A stretch of DNA of 64,000 nt from Blastocatellia bacterium (lineage in GTDB: Bacteria > Acidobacteriota > Blastocatellia > UBA7656), in contig CAVXWP010000013.1 of NCBI GenBank assembly GCA_963765495.1, positions 32,001 to 96,000 on the forward strand, written 5' to 3'. The notes below the pieces were generated by a model that was given only the letters and a program-made list of their open reading frames with translations, did not search any database and was not told where the DNA came from. The translations under genes and the position numbers were made by a program. Position 1 is the first letter of the stretch, and the number at the start of each line of letters is the position of its first letter. Shown here piece by piece: positions 30,201 to 39,091 of this stretch.

Positions 30201-30712
30201 GCCTCTTCCTGCGACCAGCCAGTCAGGTGTTGCGCCACCGGATTCAAGAGCGTGACGCGGCCATCTGTGTCGGTCGTTATGACGGCATCGCCGATGCTGT
30301 TGAGCGTAGTCGAGAACCACTCCAGGCTCTTACGATGTGCGTGGGCGGTCTCTTCGGCGCGGAGTCTTGCGCGGTGCATTGCCTCGCTTAAAAAGGCGAT
30401 GGCTGAGCCTACAAAGACAAAGATGACTTCCGCAAGCACGGCGGCGGTGTCGGCGATGGCCAAAGAATTGATAGGTCGAATCAGATAGTAATTCGCCGCG
30501 ACCGCTCCAAGCAGGACGGCAAGCAATGCCGGTCTCAGCCCTCCGTACCAGGCCGTGACCATCACGGCTAAGAAATAAGTAATGAACGGGACTTGAATTT
30601 CAAGGACAGGAAAAAGAAGCCATCTGAGCCAGGTGGCAAGCGCTACGCTGACGATTGCGCAGCCATAACCTGGCAGTTTGGAACGTGTGAGTTCTGGCAT
30701 TCTAATCCCCAC
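27266..30712 (-). CDS. Hybrid sensor histidine kinase (TM/DUF4118-like, 2 PAS, 2 GAF, HisKA, HATPase, REC)
   Basis: SHELRTPL, NAVKFT, DTGKG, GLGLGL, VVDD, DIEMP, SKP. Confidence 0.93.
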   Translation of the reverse strand: MGIRMPELTRSKLPGYGCAIVSVALATWLRWLLFPVLEIQVPFITYFLAVMVTAWYGGLRPALLAVLLGAVAANYYLIRPINSLAIADTAAVLAEVIFVFVGSAIAFLSEAMHRARLRAEETAHAHRKSLEWFSTTLNSIGDAVITTDTDGRVTLLNPVAQHLTGWSQEEARGKPLEIVFDIVNENTREKVENPVAKVLREGTVVGLANHTILMSRNGNENPIDDSGAPIRDEKGEVTGVVLVFRDIAERKRAEQDRVQFHEEIERQRTRMENIVATVPAVVWEAWGEPDQSKQRIDFVSKYVESLLGYTLEEWLSTPNFWLTIVHPDDKQRAAEEAAAIFRGGKGGTSQFRWMTKDGHAVWIEAQSIVILDEDGNPVGMRGLSVDIGERKKAEKNQRFLDEATALLSSSLDYETTLKSVAQLAVPHLADWCAVSIVEEGGEVRQLAVAHVDPAKLEMAREYQDRYPTDPDSPRGVPNVLRTGKSEFASEIPDSLLVEAARDQEHLKMIRELGLKSYMVIPLIARGRTLGAITFIAAESGHHYDQADLKFAEELAKRLALAVDNARLYREAREALRAREQTLELHRSVEARLDALVKASDTLIGSPRLSEVLPAILTLSNRLISADAYAVWRLQPATGEWGIVSAEGLSEAFRETKIYVKDFSEGMPPGAIIAEDVFEDPRLAGRRADHEMEGIRSLLAVPLKIRGVPTSTLVFYYRKPHAFTEMEARVGTALGNMASAAINVAELYEEQTRMRAEAEMANRMKDEFLATVSHELRTPLNAMVGWIQILRTGKLDEPSAARALETVERNTKAQTQLIEDLLDVSRIIAGKLRLEVRPVELSSIIEAAIEVIRPAAQAKDIRLQTVLDPGAGLVSGDPDRLQQVVWNFLSNAVKFTSKGGRIQVRLERVDSHVEIVVSDTGKGIEPDFLPYVFERFRQADSTLTRRHGGLGLGLAIVRHLVELHGGSVSVESQGEGLGATFRVTLPIMIAHDSGRLPTDDEQWKQTLPDSIMAFSGAPSLEGLRLLVVDDDSDARELMVIMLSQHGAEVTSVSSAAEALDALKSFTPDVLVSDIEMPGEDGYSLIRKVRALERDQDRQLPSIALTAHARVEDRVRALSSGFQSHVSKPVEAVELITVIASLSKGMRDEG

Positions 30713-30990
30713 AGTCTTTGCGGTGTACGACTATCTATTGTTTCGAATCTGATTACTTATACTCGCAGCGTCCCAAAGCCCTGATGCCCGTCAGACTCAC
30801 AATTTGTTGTCGCCTGCACGGGTTGTCCGAAAGCGGGTCAGCCTGGATTATACTCAATCGCGCGGCTGAGGGCTATTGGTCAGCACCATTTAGTTGGTGG
30901 CCTGCCAGAATGGTAGATTGCCTTAAAATTTAATGGCCCGGTGCAGTTGCCCGGTCTGCCCCTCTCCGTGTTAAAGTGATCAGTTAATGA

Positions 30991-31839
30991 TTGCGCGTGA
31001 TTATATGTTTGAAGGGGCTTCGACCTACGAGCGAAACGGCTAAACAATCTGATTTCTCAGGGGCGGCGGCGATCACTCCAACCACTGATTATATCGATCT
31101 GGACGGGGTAAGAATTCGCTACCGTATCTCAGGCGCGGGCGAGCAGGTTCTCTTGCTGCACGGCTGGGGCGGCTCTATCGAGAGCATGACGACCATATTC
31201 GATGATCTGACGAAGCACTACACCGTCTTCGCGATTGATTTCCCGGGACACGGTAAGAGCGATTTGCCGCCCACGGGCTGGGGCGTGCCCGAGTTCACCG
31301 ATTGCCTCCTCGGCGTGATGGAGAGGCTCGACATCCGCCGCCCGCACATCATAGCGCATTCATTCGGAGGCCGCGTCACAATCAGGCTCACAACCCTTCA
31401 CCCGGAAAAGGTATCTAAGATCGTTCTGGTAGACAGCGCGGGGGTTCTCCCTCCACGTCCGATGAAATACTATTTCAAGATCGCGTTTGCGAAGACGGGC
31501 AAATTCCTTGCGCGGTACGGCGGACGATTGGGCCAGTCGGCGCGCAATCGGATTTACGCGATGATAGGCTCGAAAGACTACGCAAAGGCGGGCCCGTTAC
31601 GCGAAAGTTTTGTCAAGGTAGTCAACTTTGATCAGACCGATGTGCTCTCCGAGATCAAATCGCCGACCCTGCTCGTCTGGGGGGCCAATGACCGGGACAC
31701 CCCCGTAGCTTCGGCAAAGGTGATGGAGAGACTTATACCCGATTCTACGCTTGTGGTATTCGAGAACGCGGGCCATTTCGCTTATATAGATCAGGCCAAC
31801 AAATTCAATTTGATAGTGAGGAAGTTTTTAAGAGAATAA
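30991..31839 (+). CDS. Alpha/beta hydrolase (start codon uncertain)
   Basis: LLHGWG, DFPGHG, AHSFGG nucleophile, WGANDRDTP, AGHF. Confidence 0.88.
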   Translation: MRVIICLKGLRPTSETAKQSDFSGAAAITPTTDYIDLDGVRIRYRISGAGEQVLLLHGWGGSIESMTTIFDDLTKHYTVFAIDFPGHGKSDLPPTGWGVPEFTDCLLGVMERLDIRRPHIIAHSFGGRVTIRLTTLHPEKVSKIVLVDSAGVLPPRPMKYYFKIAFAKTGKFLARYGGRLGQSARNRIYAMIGSKDYAKAGPLRESFVKVVNFDQTDVLSEIKSPTLLVWGANDRDTPVASAKVMERLIPDSTLVVFENAGHFAYIDQANKFNLIVRKFLRE

Positions 31840-31841
31840 GC

Positions 31842-33521
31842 ATGAACTATCCCGGCGCGCTTGTAGGACTGGCAAATCCTCATACTTTACTCACGATTAT
31901 CGCCCTGCTCGTTGGACTGGCCTGGAGCGCGGTTCGCGCGATTCGCTCTTTGCACCTGCTCCAGCTTGACAGCTATTCAAACGCAAGACTCCTGAAGTGG
32001 CTTTGGTTTTCGCCTCTCACTCGATTGTTCGATTATCGTCTGGGCATCCTGCTTCTGGCTCTGCTCGGAATCCATATTTTGCTCGCGTCGCTTGCCGTAA
32101 GCTATGGAGCCTATATCGCGCCAGCCGCGTGGGTCGTGCTCGGAGGCTTGCTCTTTTTTAAGCGTGACGAGCCGGAAGCAAAAAAGCCGCTCGTCTACAC
32201 CGCAAGAGCAAAGAGGATTCTCGTTGTAGCGGTTGTGATCTGCCTGATTGTCGCGTTCGTTTTTTTCCTGCTGGCTTTCTCGGCCATCGAAACCGCTGCC
32301 CCGTACACGACAGGCATTTACGCTCTTGCAGGCAGCCTCGTCATTACCCAGGCGGCATCGCTTGCCGTGCCGATTGCAAACCTGCTGCTTGTGCCCGTGC
32401 AGTCGGCCATCAACAACACATACATCCGCGATGCAAAGAAAAGACTGAAACAGTATTCGCCTGTCGTCGTGGGCGTAGCCGGAAGCTACGGCAAGACATC
32501 TACGAAATACATACTAGAAACGCTTTTGTCGGAACGCTTCAAGGTTCTGAAGACACCGGCAAGTTTCAACACGCTTATGGGTCTTTGCCGCGTGATCAAC
32601 GGCGATCTCAAGCCCGAACACGAAGTCTTTATCGCGGAGATGGGCGCGTATCGTCGCGGCGATGTCGCGGAGCTTGCCGATCTGGTCAGCCCTCAAATCG
32701 GCATCATCACTTCGATAGGCCCGGAGCATTTCGAGCGATTCAAGACGATGGAAAACATCGAGGCGACCAATTATGAATTGATCGAGGCGCTCCCCCGTGA
32801 AGGCGCTGCCGTATTCAATAACGATATACCCGAATGCAGAAAACTGGCCGATCGAACAAACCGGGTGAAGGCGCTCCGCTACGGGCTTGATACCGCGCAG
32901 CCGGGCTTGCGGCTCTGGGCCGAAGAGATTTCCATGAGCCACGAAGGGCTCCGCTTTACGCTCGTCGATAACGAAGGCAACCGCGCTCAAACAAAGGTGA
33001 TTTTGCTTGGTCGTCACAACGTCTTAAACATTCTGGGCGCGGCGGCGATTGCCCTTGAGATGGGGCTCTCGCTTGACGAGATAGCCACGGCCATCCCGAA
33101 AATCGAGCAGGTCCCACACCGCCTTCAACTCATTCCGGGCGCGGCTGGCGTGGTCGTGATCGACGACTCCTATAACTCAAACCCCATGGGCGCACTCGAA
33201 GCGCTAAACGTGCTCAAGGAATTCGATACAGGCAAGCGAGTGCTGGTCACACCGGGCATGGTCGAGCTTGGAGTACTTGAGGCCGAAGAGAACGAAAAGT
33301 TTGGAGCCAACGCCGCGCGCATTTGCGATTACGTCTTGCTTGTCGGAATCAAGCAGACCGAAGACATTCTCAGAGGGCTTGAAGGCCAGCAGTTTCCCAA
33401 AGAGCGACTGCGAGTCGTAAGAGATCTTACAGAGGCGACCGCCGAGCTACAGAAGATAGTAAAACCCGGCGACGTTGTTCTGTTTGAAAACGACCTGCCC
33501 GATCTTTATGACGAAGCTTGA
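31842..33521 (+). CDS. murF: MurF-like Mur ligase with N-terminal membrane domain
   Basis: About 5 hydrophobic segments, then GSYGKTST, SFNT, EMGA, DDSYNSNP, PGMVELG, ENDLPD. Confidence 0.82.
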   Translation: MNYPGALVGLANPHTLLTIIALLVGLAWSAVRAIRSLHLLQLDSYSNARLLKWLWFSPLTRLFDYRLGILLLALLGIHILLASLAVSYGAYIAPAAWVVLGGLLFFKRDEPEAKKPLVYTARAKRILVVAVVICLIVAFVFFLLAFSAIETAAPYTTGIYALAGSLVITQAASLAVPIANLLLVPVQSAINNTYIRDAKKRLKQYSPVVVGVAGSYGKTSTKYILETLLSERFKVLKTPASFNTLMGLCRVINGDLKPEHEVFIAEMGAYRRGDVAELADLVSPQIGIITSIGPEHFERFKTMENIEATNYELIEALPREGAAVFNNDIPECRKLADRTNRVKALRYGLDTAQPGLRLWAEEISMSHEGLRFTLVDNEGNRAQTKVILLGRHNVLNILGAAAIALEMGLSLDEIATAIPKIEQVPHRLQLIPGAAGVVVIDDSYNSNPMGALEALNVLKEFDTGKRVLVTPGMVELGVLEAEENEKFGANAARICDYVLLVGIKQTEDILRGLEGQQFPKERLRVVRDLTEATAELQKIVKPGDVVLFENDLPDLYDEA

Positions 33522-33580
33522 GCGGGGGCGGCTGGAATATAGTTTGAATAATTTTCAGGGAAAGAACACGGAATCCTAAT

Positions 33581-34771
33581 ATGCAAAACAGGAAAAAAGA
33601 GACTGTTGCCGTTTTGTTCGGAGGAAGATCGGCCGAGCACGAAGTGTCTGTCATCACCGGCCACCAGATAATGGATGCGCTTGAGGTGGCGGGCTATCGC
33701 CTGTTGCCCATCTATATCACAAAGGAAGGCGAGTGGTTTGCGGGCTTGCCGCTTCATAACATAAAGCAGTATTCCGGCCCTTCGTTCAACCCGGCGAAAC
33801 TTGCCGACACGCATCGCGTCAGCCTCAGCCCCGACCGCTCGGTGCGCCAGTTGTTGCTGCATCCGAGCACGAGCACGGGTCTTTTCAAGAAGCCGCCTCA
33901 GTTATGGGCAGACGTTTTCTTCCCAGCCATTCACGGCTCTTTCGGCGAAGACGGGGCGCTTCAAGGTCTGTTCGAGATGGCCGATGTCGCATACGCCGGA
34001 GCGGGCGTACTCGCCTCCGCGATGGGGATGGACAAGGTGAGAGCGAAATCGCTCTTTCGTGACGCGGGCATTCCCGTGCTCGAATGCCTGTCTGTTTCAA
34101 GAGCCGAGTGGAAGGCCAGCGGGCAGGATGTCATCGCCCGCGTGGAAGGTTTTTCAAGCTACCCGGTCATAGTCAAGCCCGCCTGTTTAGGCAGCAGCAT
34201 CGGCGTAAAGAGGTGCGGGTCTTCGGCCGAATTGAAAGACGCGCTCGATGTGGCGTTGATACTCGACGAGCGGGCGCTTGTCGAGCGAGCGCTCGTCGAT
34301 TTCACCGAAATCAACTGCTCGGTGCTCGGGCCGCCGGAACGGGCTTCGGCCTGCGAACAGCCTGTCACCGGCCAGGCGCTTCTGACCTTTGATGATAAGT
34401 ACAAGCGAGGCGGCAAAGGCAAATCCAGCGGCACAAAAGGCGGCATGGCCTCGCTTGACCGCATAATACCGGCTCCCGTATCCGAAGAGATGACTTCGAA
34501 GATTCAAGAGACGGCAAAAAAAGCCTTCCGCGTAATCGGCGCTGCGGGGGTCGCGCGGCTCGATTTTCTCTTAGAGAAAGACGGCGCAGCGTTTTACCTC
34601 AACGAGATAAACACCATGCCCGGCTCTATCGCCTTCTACCTCTGGGAAGCTGCCGGAGTCCCGTTTGACGAGCTTGTGAGCGAGTGCGTGAAGATAGCTT
34701 TAGGGATTCATCGAGAACGAACCGCCACACAGTTTTCATTTGAGGCCAATCTGTTGCAGAGCCGAAGATAA
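33581..34771 (+). CDS. ddl: D-alanine--D-alanine ligase
   Basis: FGGRSAEHEVS, HGSFGEDG, MDK, VKP..LGSSIG, omega-loop FDDKY, NEINTMPG. Confidence 0.9.
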   Translation: MQNRKKETVAVLFGGRSAEHEVSVITGHQIMDALEVAGYRLLPIYITKEGEWFAGLPLHNIKQYSGPSFNPAKLADTHRVSLSPDRSVRQLLLHPSTSTGLFKKPPQLWADVFFPAIHGSFGEDGALQGLFEMADVAYAGAGVLASAMGMDKVRAKSLFRDAGIPVLECLSVSRAEWKASGQDVIARVEGFSSYPVIVKPACLGSSIGVKRCGSSAELKDALDVALILDERALVERALVDFTEINCSVLGPPERASACEQPVTGQALLTFDDKYKRGGKGKSSGTKGGMASLDRIIPAPVSEEMTSKIQETAKKAFRVIGAAGVARLDFLLEKDGAAFYLNEINTMPGSIAFYLWEAAGVPFDELVSECVKIALGIHRERTATQFSFEANLLQSRR

Positions 34772-34868
34772 GCTCAACAGGTCATGAATTCGACAAGGGC
34801 GGCACCCATCTGAGAACCGAGATTTAAGACTTGAGATTTGAAAGCTCATAGCTGACTGCCCTTGCTTT

Positions 34869-34977
34869 CAGGGCCATTTAATTTTCAGGAAATCTTGACT
34901 CAGGCTAAGGTCTTTCATAGAGCAAACAGTAGTTTCCTACCATCCCGGCAGCTCAATCTGAAAATTAAATGGCCCGG
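34869..34977. mobile_element. MITE-like element, 109 bp
   Basis: 20-bp terminal inverted repeats CAGGGCCATTTAATTTTCAG (19/20 match); flanking 9-bp direct repeat CCTTGCTTT/CCTTGATTT. Confidence 0.75.
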
Positions 34978-35050
34978 CCTTGATTTCCGGCTCAATGGAT
35001 AAAGGCGGGCTTATGACTTCCATTTGAGAGGTCAGGCACTTAGAATCTGA

Positions 35051-36112
35051 GTGAGGGGTTTGATCGAGGACGGGGCATCGGGCGGCCGGTTGACTATGGT
35101 GATAAAGGCACACAGACGGAAAATATTGACCAGAAGCTTCATGGCATACATGGAGAATGATCTGACGACAGCCGCCGCCGCCGTCTCTTACTTTTCGATA
35201 CTCGTGCTCTTTCCCATGCTGCTATTGCTGCTCACAATCGGCAATAGCCTGATCGGCCCGCAGACGGTTCAGAAATATGTCATAGGTCAGGTGCTGGCGT
35301 TTTTGCCCGGCGCTCAAACCTTTGTCCGCAAGAATCTGGACTCAATCTCCGACATCTCTACCGAAGTCATTATTAGCTGTTTGTTTGTAATGCTGTGGGC
35401 ATCATCGTGGATGTTCACTACGATTGAGAAGGCGCTCAATCGCGTCTGGGGCACTTATCCGCGTTCGTTTTTGCACGGGCGGGTAGTGAATTTCGCCGTG
35501 ATGAGCATAATTTTTGCCCTGCTCGGAGCATCGGCATTGATTACAGCCTTCATCTCCGGCGTGAGGGCCGCGGCAGAGAAAATCCCCTTGCGACTGGGGC
35601 CGATAGTGACGGCGCTTTCCGGTTATGCGTGGCAGACGATATTCGTTTTCGCAAGCGTCGTCGTTACGATAATCCTCTTTACGGTGCTCTATAAATTACT
35701 GCCCAATACGAATGTGCCGTTGTTTGAGGCGCTGCCCGGCGCGGTGGTTGCCGGTGTGCTCTGGGAAGGAGCGAAATTCGGATTCGCCTTGCTGCTCCCT
35801 TATTTTCATTATGATCTATTGTACGGCTCGATAGGCGCGGGCGTGGCGCTCTTGACGTGGATTTATTTATCGAGCGTCATCATGTTGTTTGGCGCGCAGT
35901 TTACGGCTCTCTTGCACCGCGACCATCTTTTCAACAATAGCTCTTACCAGAAACCTCCTTTCTCAACAGGCGACCTTTCCGACAAATTTGAACCGCACGA
36001 GACGGACGACCCGGCGGCGGTAGGCGCTCGGGTAAGCACCGAATTAAACGCTCCCGTTTCGGAAGCCGCAACGCCCGCGCTCGGCGAGACGATGTTGAAG
36101 GACGAAAGCTAA
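35051..36112 (+). CDS. YihY/BrkB-family membrane protein (ATG at 35097 is a plausible start)
   Basis: AAAVSYFS, ALNRVW, LYKLLPN, LYGSIG, LFGA. Confidence 0.88.
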   Translation: MRGLIEDGASGGRLTMVIKAHRRKILTRSFMAYMENDLTTAAAAVSYFSILVLFPMLLLLLTIGNSLIGPQTVQKYVIGQVLAFLPGAQTFVRKNLDSISDISTEVIISCLFVMLWASSWMFTTIEKALNRVWGTYPRSFLHGRVVNFAVMSIIFALLGASALITAFISGVRAAAEKIPLRLGPIVTALSGYAWQTIFVFASVVVTIILFTVLYKLLPNTNVPLFEALPGAVVAGVLWEGAKFGFALLLPYFHYDLLYGSIGAGVALLTWIYLSSVIMLFGAQFTALLHRDHLFNNSSYQKPPFSTGDLSDKFEPHETDDPAAVGARVSTELNAPVSEAATPALGETMLKDES

Positions 36113-36134
36113 AGCAGAAAGACCCTCCGCATTT

Positions 36135-37301
36135 ATGCTTGTTTCAGATTATGCTTACGACCTGCCCGAACGATTGATCGCGCAAACGCCTGCCGAAAGA
36201 CGCGATCATTCTCGACTGCTCGTCTTAGACCGCGCGAGCCGCTCGCTCATCGATTCGACCTTCAATCAGTTGCCAGCCTTTCTGACCGCAGGCGATCTGC
36301 TGGTTCTAAACAACACGCGGGTCTTTCCAGCCCGCCTCCCCGGCCGCAGGATCAGACAGCACGCGAACGGCGAAAGCATCATTGGCAGACGGGTAGAAGT
36401 TTTTCTTGTGCGAAGGCTTGAGCCGCTTGTGTGGGAGGCGCTTGTGCGACCGGGCCGGTCTCTGCACGCGGGCGCGCAGATCGAATTTGAGCCAGGCCAT
36501 CTGACGGCTGAAATCCTCGAATGGCGCGAAGCGGGTCGCCGCATAGTCCGATTCCATGCCAAAGGCGATTTTGATGAAATCATAGACCGTATCGGCCTGA
36601 CCCCGCTTCCGCCTTACATCAAACGCGATGAGCGCGACCGGCTGGATCAGGAGAGATACCAGACCGTCTTTGCCCGCGAGCGCGGAGCAGTGGCCGCTCC
36701 CACGGCGGGGCTCCATTTCACGCCGGAACTGCTCGATCAATTAAAAGCGCGAGGGATTGAAATAGCGGAGATCACCCTGCACGTCGGATACGGGACATTT
36801 CAGCCTGTCCGCGTCGAGCGGGTAGAGGATCACCGGGTGGAATCCGAAGGCTACACGATCAGTAAGGACGCCGCTCAAATCATCAACCGCGCGCTCAGCG
36901 AAAAACGGCGCATCATCGCCGTAGGCACGACGACTACGCGGGCGCTGGAATCGGCCGCTAGACAGGGGCCGGGGGCCGGGGGCCGGGGGCCGGTGTCATT
37001 TGCAGGAAATATTGAACCCTCGGAAGAACGGCCAGATGAAACACTCACACCTTCTTCCTCCCCGGCTCCCGGCCCCCGGCCCCCGGCCCCCGGTACAGCC
37101 ACCACCGATCTATTCATTTATCCGGGCTTCGAATTTCGAGTGCTTGGCGGGCTTATAACAAATTTTCATCTGCCGAGGTCGTCGCTTCTGATGCTGGTCG
37201 CGGGGCTTGCCGGTCGCAAGTTTATACTCGAAGCGTATCGTCACGCGGTCGAGCACGAATACAGGTTTTACAGCTACGGCGACGCGATGCTGATTCTGTG
37301 A
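36135..37301 (+). CDS. queA: S-adenosylmethionine:tRNA ribosyltransferase-isomerase with in-frame repeat insertion
   Basis: LIAQTP, NNTRVFPAR, PLPPYI, YQTVFA, AAPTAGLHF, HVGYGTF, AVGTT, TNFHLP, YSYGDAM. Confidence 0.96.
   Translation: MLVSDYAYDLPERLIAQTPAERRDHSRLLVLDRASRSLIDSTFNQLPAFLTAGDLLVLNNTRVFPARLPGRRIRQHANGESIIGRRVEVFLVRRLEPLVWEALVRPGRSLHAGAQIEFEPGHLTAEILEWREAGRRIVRFHAKGDFDEIIDRIGLTPLPPYIKRDERDRLDQERYQTVFARERGAVAAPTAGLHFTPELLDQLKARGIEIAEITLHVGYGTFQPVRVERVEDHRVESEGYTISKDAAQIINRALSEKRRIIAVGTTTTRALESAARQGPGAGGRGPVSFAGNIEPSEERPDETLTPSSSPAPGPRPPAPGTATTDLFIYPGFEFRVLGGLITNFHLPRSSLLMLVAGLAGRKFILEAYRHAVEHEYRFYSYGDAMLIL
36964..37093. repeat. Heptamer-arm palindromic element (GGGGCCG type) inside queA
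   Basis: (GGGGCCG)4...(CCCCGGC)~5; translated as GPGAGGRGP...PAPGPRPPAPG. Confidence 0.92.
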
Positions 37302-37336
37302 AGAGAAAAGCTCGTTTGAAGAAGCGGCCATAGAAA

Positions 37337-37366
37337 AAAGGGCGAGCAGTTATAGGCTCGCCCTTT
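37337..37366. terminator. Bidirectional intrinsic terminator
   Basis: AAAGGGCGAGC-loop-GCTCGCCCTTT between convergent genes. Confidence 0.75.
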
Positions 37367-37392
37367 CCCTTACTTACTGTGCGGAAGCAAAT

Positions 37393-37875
37393 TTACCCGG
37401 AAGCCTGTTGTGATGCTGCCGCCTCAAGCACTCGATTCATGGCCGAAGCCAGCATATCGAGTCCGCGCTCGCCTGCGGCAAAGCTTCTGAGCTTTCCTTC
37501 GGCGTCGAACAGGTAATAAGCGGGCACAAATCCCTGTTCATTCTTGAATGCATCGCGAAGTTTATGCTTGTTATCGACAGCGCACGTCTCGCTGATATTG
37601 AATTTTTCTATCGTATCCCGCACGGCCTCTTGATCGAGGTCCGCCGGATAGCGAGGCATGTGAACGGCTACGACTCGCAATCCTTTATCTCTAAATTTGT
37701 CGCGCCAATCGGTGACGCGCGGCAGATTGTCCTTGCAGATGCCGCAACTGACCGACCAGAAATGCACCAGTGTGGGCCGCCCCTTGGCCTGTTCTGTGGC
37801 TTCATCCGCTGTTCCGTTTATCCATTCCGTCGCGCCTTCAAACGACGGCATCTCTGTTCCGATCCTCATCGGCAT
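37393..37875 (-). CDS. TlpA/redoxin-family thioredoxin-like protein
   Basis: HFWSVSCGIC CxxC, VAVHMP, VPAYYLFD; ATG at 37875 with GAGGT RBS (the longer ORF runs through a repeat). Confidence 0.85.
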   Translation of the reverse strand: MPMRIGTEMPSFEGATEWINGTADEATEQAKGRPTLVHFWSVSCGICKDNLPRVTDWRDKFRDKGLRVVAVHMPRYPADLDQEAVRDTIEKFNISETCAVDNKHKLRDAFKNEQGFVPAYYLFDAEGKLRSFAAGERGLDMLASAMNRVLEAAASQQASG

Positions 37876-37894
37876 AATCATTACCTCACTGAAA

Positions 37895-37982
37895 TGATTC
37901 GTGATCCGTGTTTCAGCAAGCTTGCAAGTTGGCTTAAATCTGCGGCTTTCCTGAAAATCACGGATCACGAATCACGAATCAC
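37895..37982. repeat. Heptamer-arm palindromic element, GTGATTC type, inside the ahpC operon
   Basis: TGATTCGTGATCCGTG...ATCACGGATCACGAATCACGAATCAC. Confidence 0.85.
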
Positions 37983-38005
37983 TCTTCGCGCATCACTATC
38001 TAAAA

Positions 38006-38572
38006 TCAGACATTGAGCGTATCCTGACCCGGATGCCACTCTGCTGCGCAGAGGCCGCCCGTTTGCAGTGCCTGTATGACGCGCAGAGTCTCTTCGGCCG
38101 AACGCCCGACGTTCAGGTCGTGAACTACCTTGTAGCGGAGTACGCCTTCGGGGTCTATAACGAACAGTCCGCGAAGGGCTACACCCTGGTCTTCTATGAG
38201 CACGCCGTAGTCACGCGAAACCTGCTTGGTCGAATCCGCCGCGAGCGGATACTTGAGACCTTCCACGCCACTCTTATCGCGCGGGGTGTTGAGCCACGCT
38301 CTATGCGAGTAGACCGAATCGGTCGATACGCCGAGCAGATCGGCTCCGATTCCCTCGAAATCTTCATAACGGTCGCTGAAGGTGGTCAACTCCGTCGGGC
38401 ATACGAAAGTGAAGTCGAGCGGATAAAAGAGCAGAACCAGCCATTTGCCGCTGTAATCCGACAGTTTTACGTTTTCGTTTAGTTTATCTATGTTCTTGGT
38501 CGAAGCCATCTCGAAATCCGGGGCAGGGTGGCCCACCTGTGCCCGGTTAATTGCTGTTAGTGTTGCTGTCAT
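38006..38572 (-). CDS. ahpC: 2-Cys peroxiredoxin
   Basis: FYPLDFTFVCPTE, ALRGLF, VGRS, GLCAAEW; AGGAGG RBS. Confidence 0.92.
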   Translation of the reverse strand: MTATLTAINRAQVGHPAPDFEMASTKNIDKLNENVKLSDYSGKWLVLLFYPLDFTFVCPTELTTFSDRYEDFEGIGADLLGVSTDSVYSHRAWLNTPRDKSGVEGLKYPLAADSTKQVSRDYGVLIEDQGVALRGLFVIDPEGVLRYKVVHDLNVGRSAEETLRVIQALQTGGLCAAEWHPGQDTLNV

Positions 38573-38671
38573 ATATCCTCCTAAGTATGTGATTTACAAG
38601 TATCTTTGAATCATTTGCTGCTTAAAAGCAGGTTGGGCGCGCTTCAAAACAATTTTTGCGACCCTCTCCGG

Positions 38672-39091
38672 TTAATCGGATTGGCAGTCGGGACAAATCC
38701 CCTTAAGCGTCAAGTGGATCGATTGCGGTTGGAAGCGTGCATTCTGAGCCGCTGGGAGCATAAGTTCAAGTGTTTCTGGAAGATCGAAATCCACAAGTTT
38801 TCCACAGCTTGTGCAAATCGCGTGATCGTGGCGGGCGATTTCGCGGTCGTAACGGCTCGCGCCGCTGCCAAAGGTTATCTCGCTCACCAGCCCCGCCTCT
38901 TTCAGATATCTGAGAGAGTTATAGACGGTTGCATAACTGATCCTGGGCATCAAGGCGCGTGCGGCTTCAAATACTTCGCTCGCAGTCAGGTGGTCTTCGC
39001 TTGCGCGAACCACCTCAAGCACTACCTTTCGCTGTCGCGTCAGTGCCGGCTCGCCATGGTGTGTATCCCTGTTTTGATGTTGAACTAACAT
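38672..39091 (-). CDS. perR: Fur-family regulator, PerR-like
   Basis: LTRQR, HLTASEV, ATVYNSL, HDHAICTSCG, GICPDC; upstream of ahpC. Confidence 0.8.
   Translation of the reverse strand: MLVQHQNRDTHHGEPALTRQRKVVLEVVRASEDHLTASEVFEAARALMPRISYATVYNSLRYLKEAGLVSEITFGSGASRYDREIARHDHAICTSCGKLVDFDLPETLELMLPAAQNARFQPQSIHLTLKGICPDCQSD

Noticed and set aside
33581-34771. Ddl as a VanA-type glycopeptide-resistance ligase
   Set aside because: The omega-loop KY is retained and no vanH, vanX or vanRS is present.
37876-37968. N-terminal extensions of ORFs 37393-37968 and 59626-60318
   Set aside because: They merely read through heptamer elements; better starts lie at 37875 and 60258.
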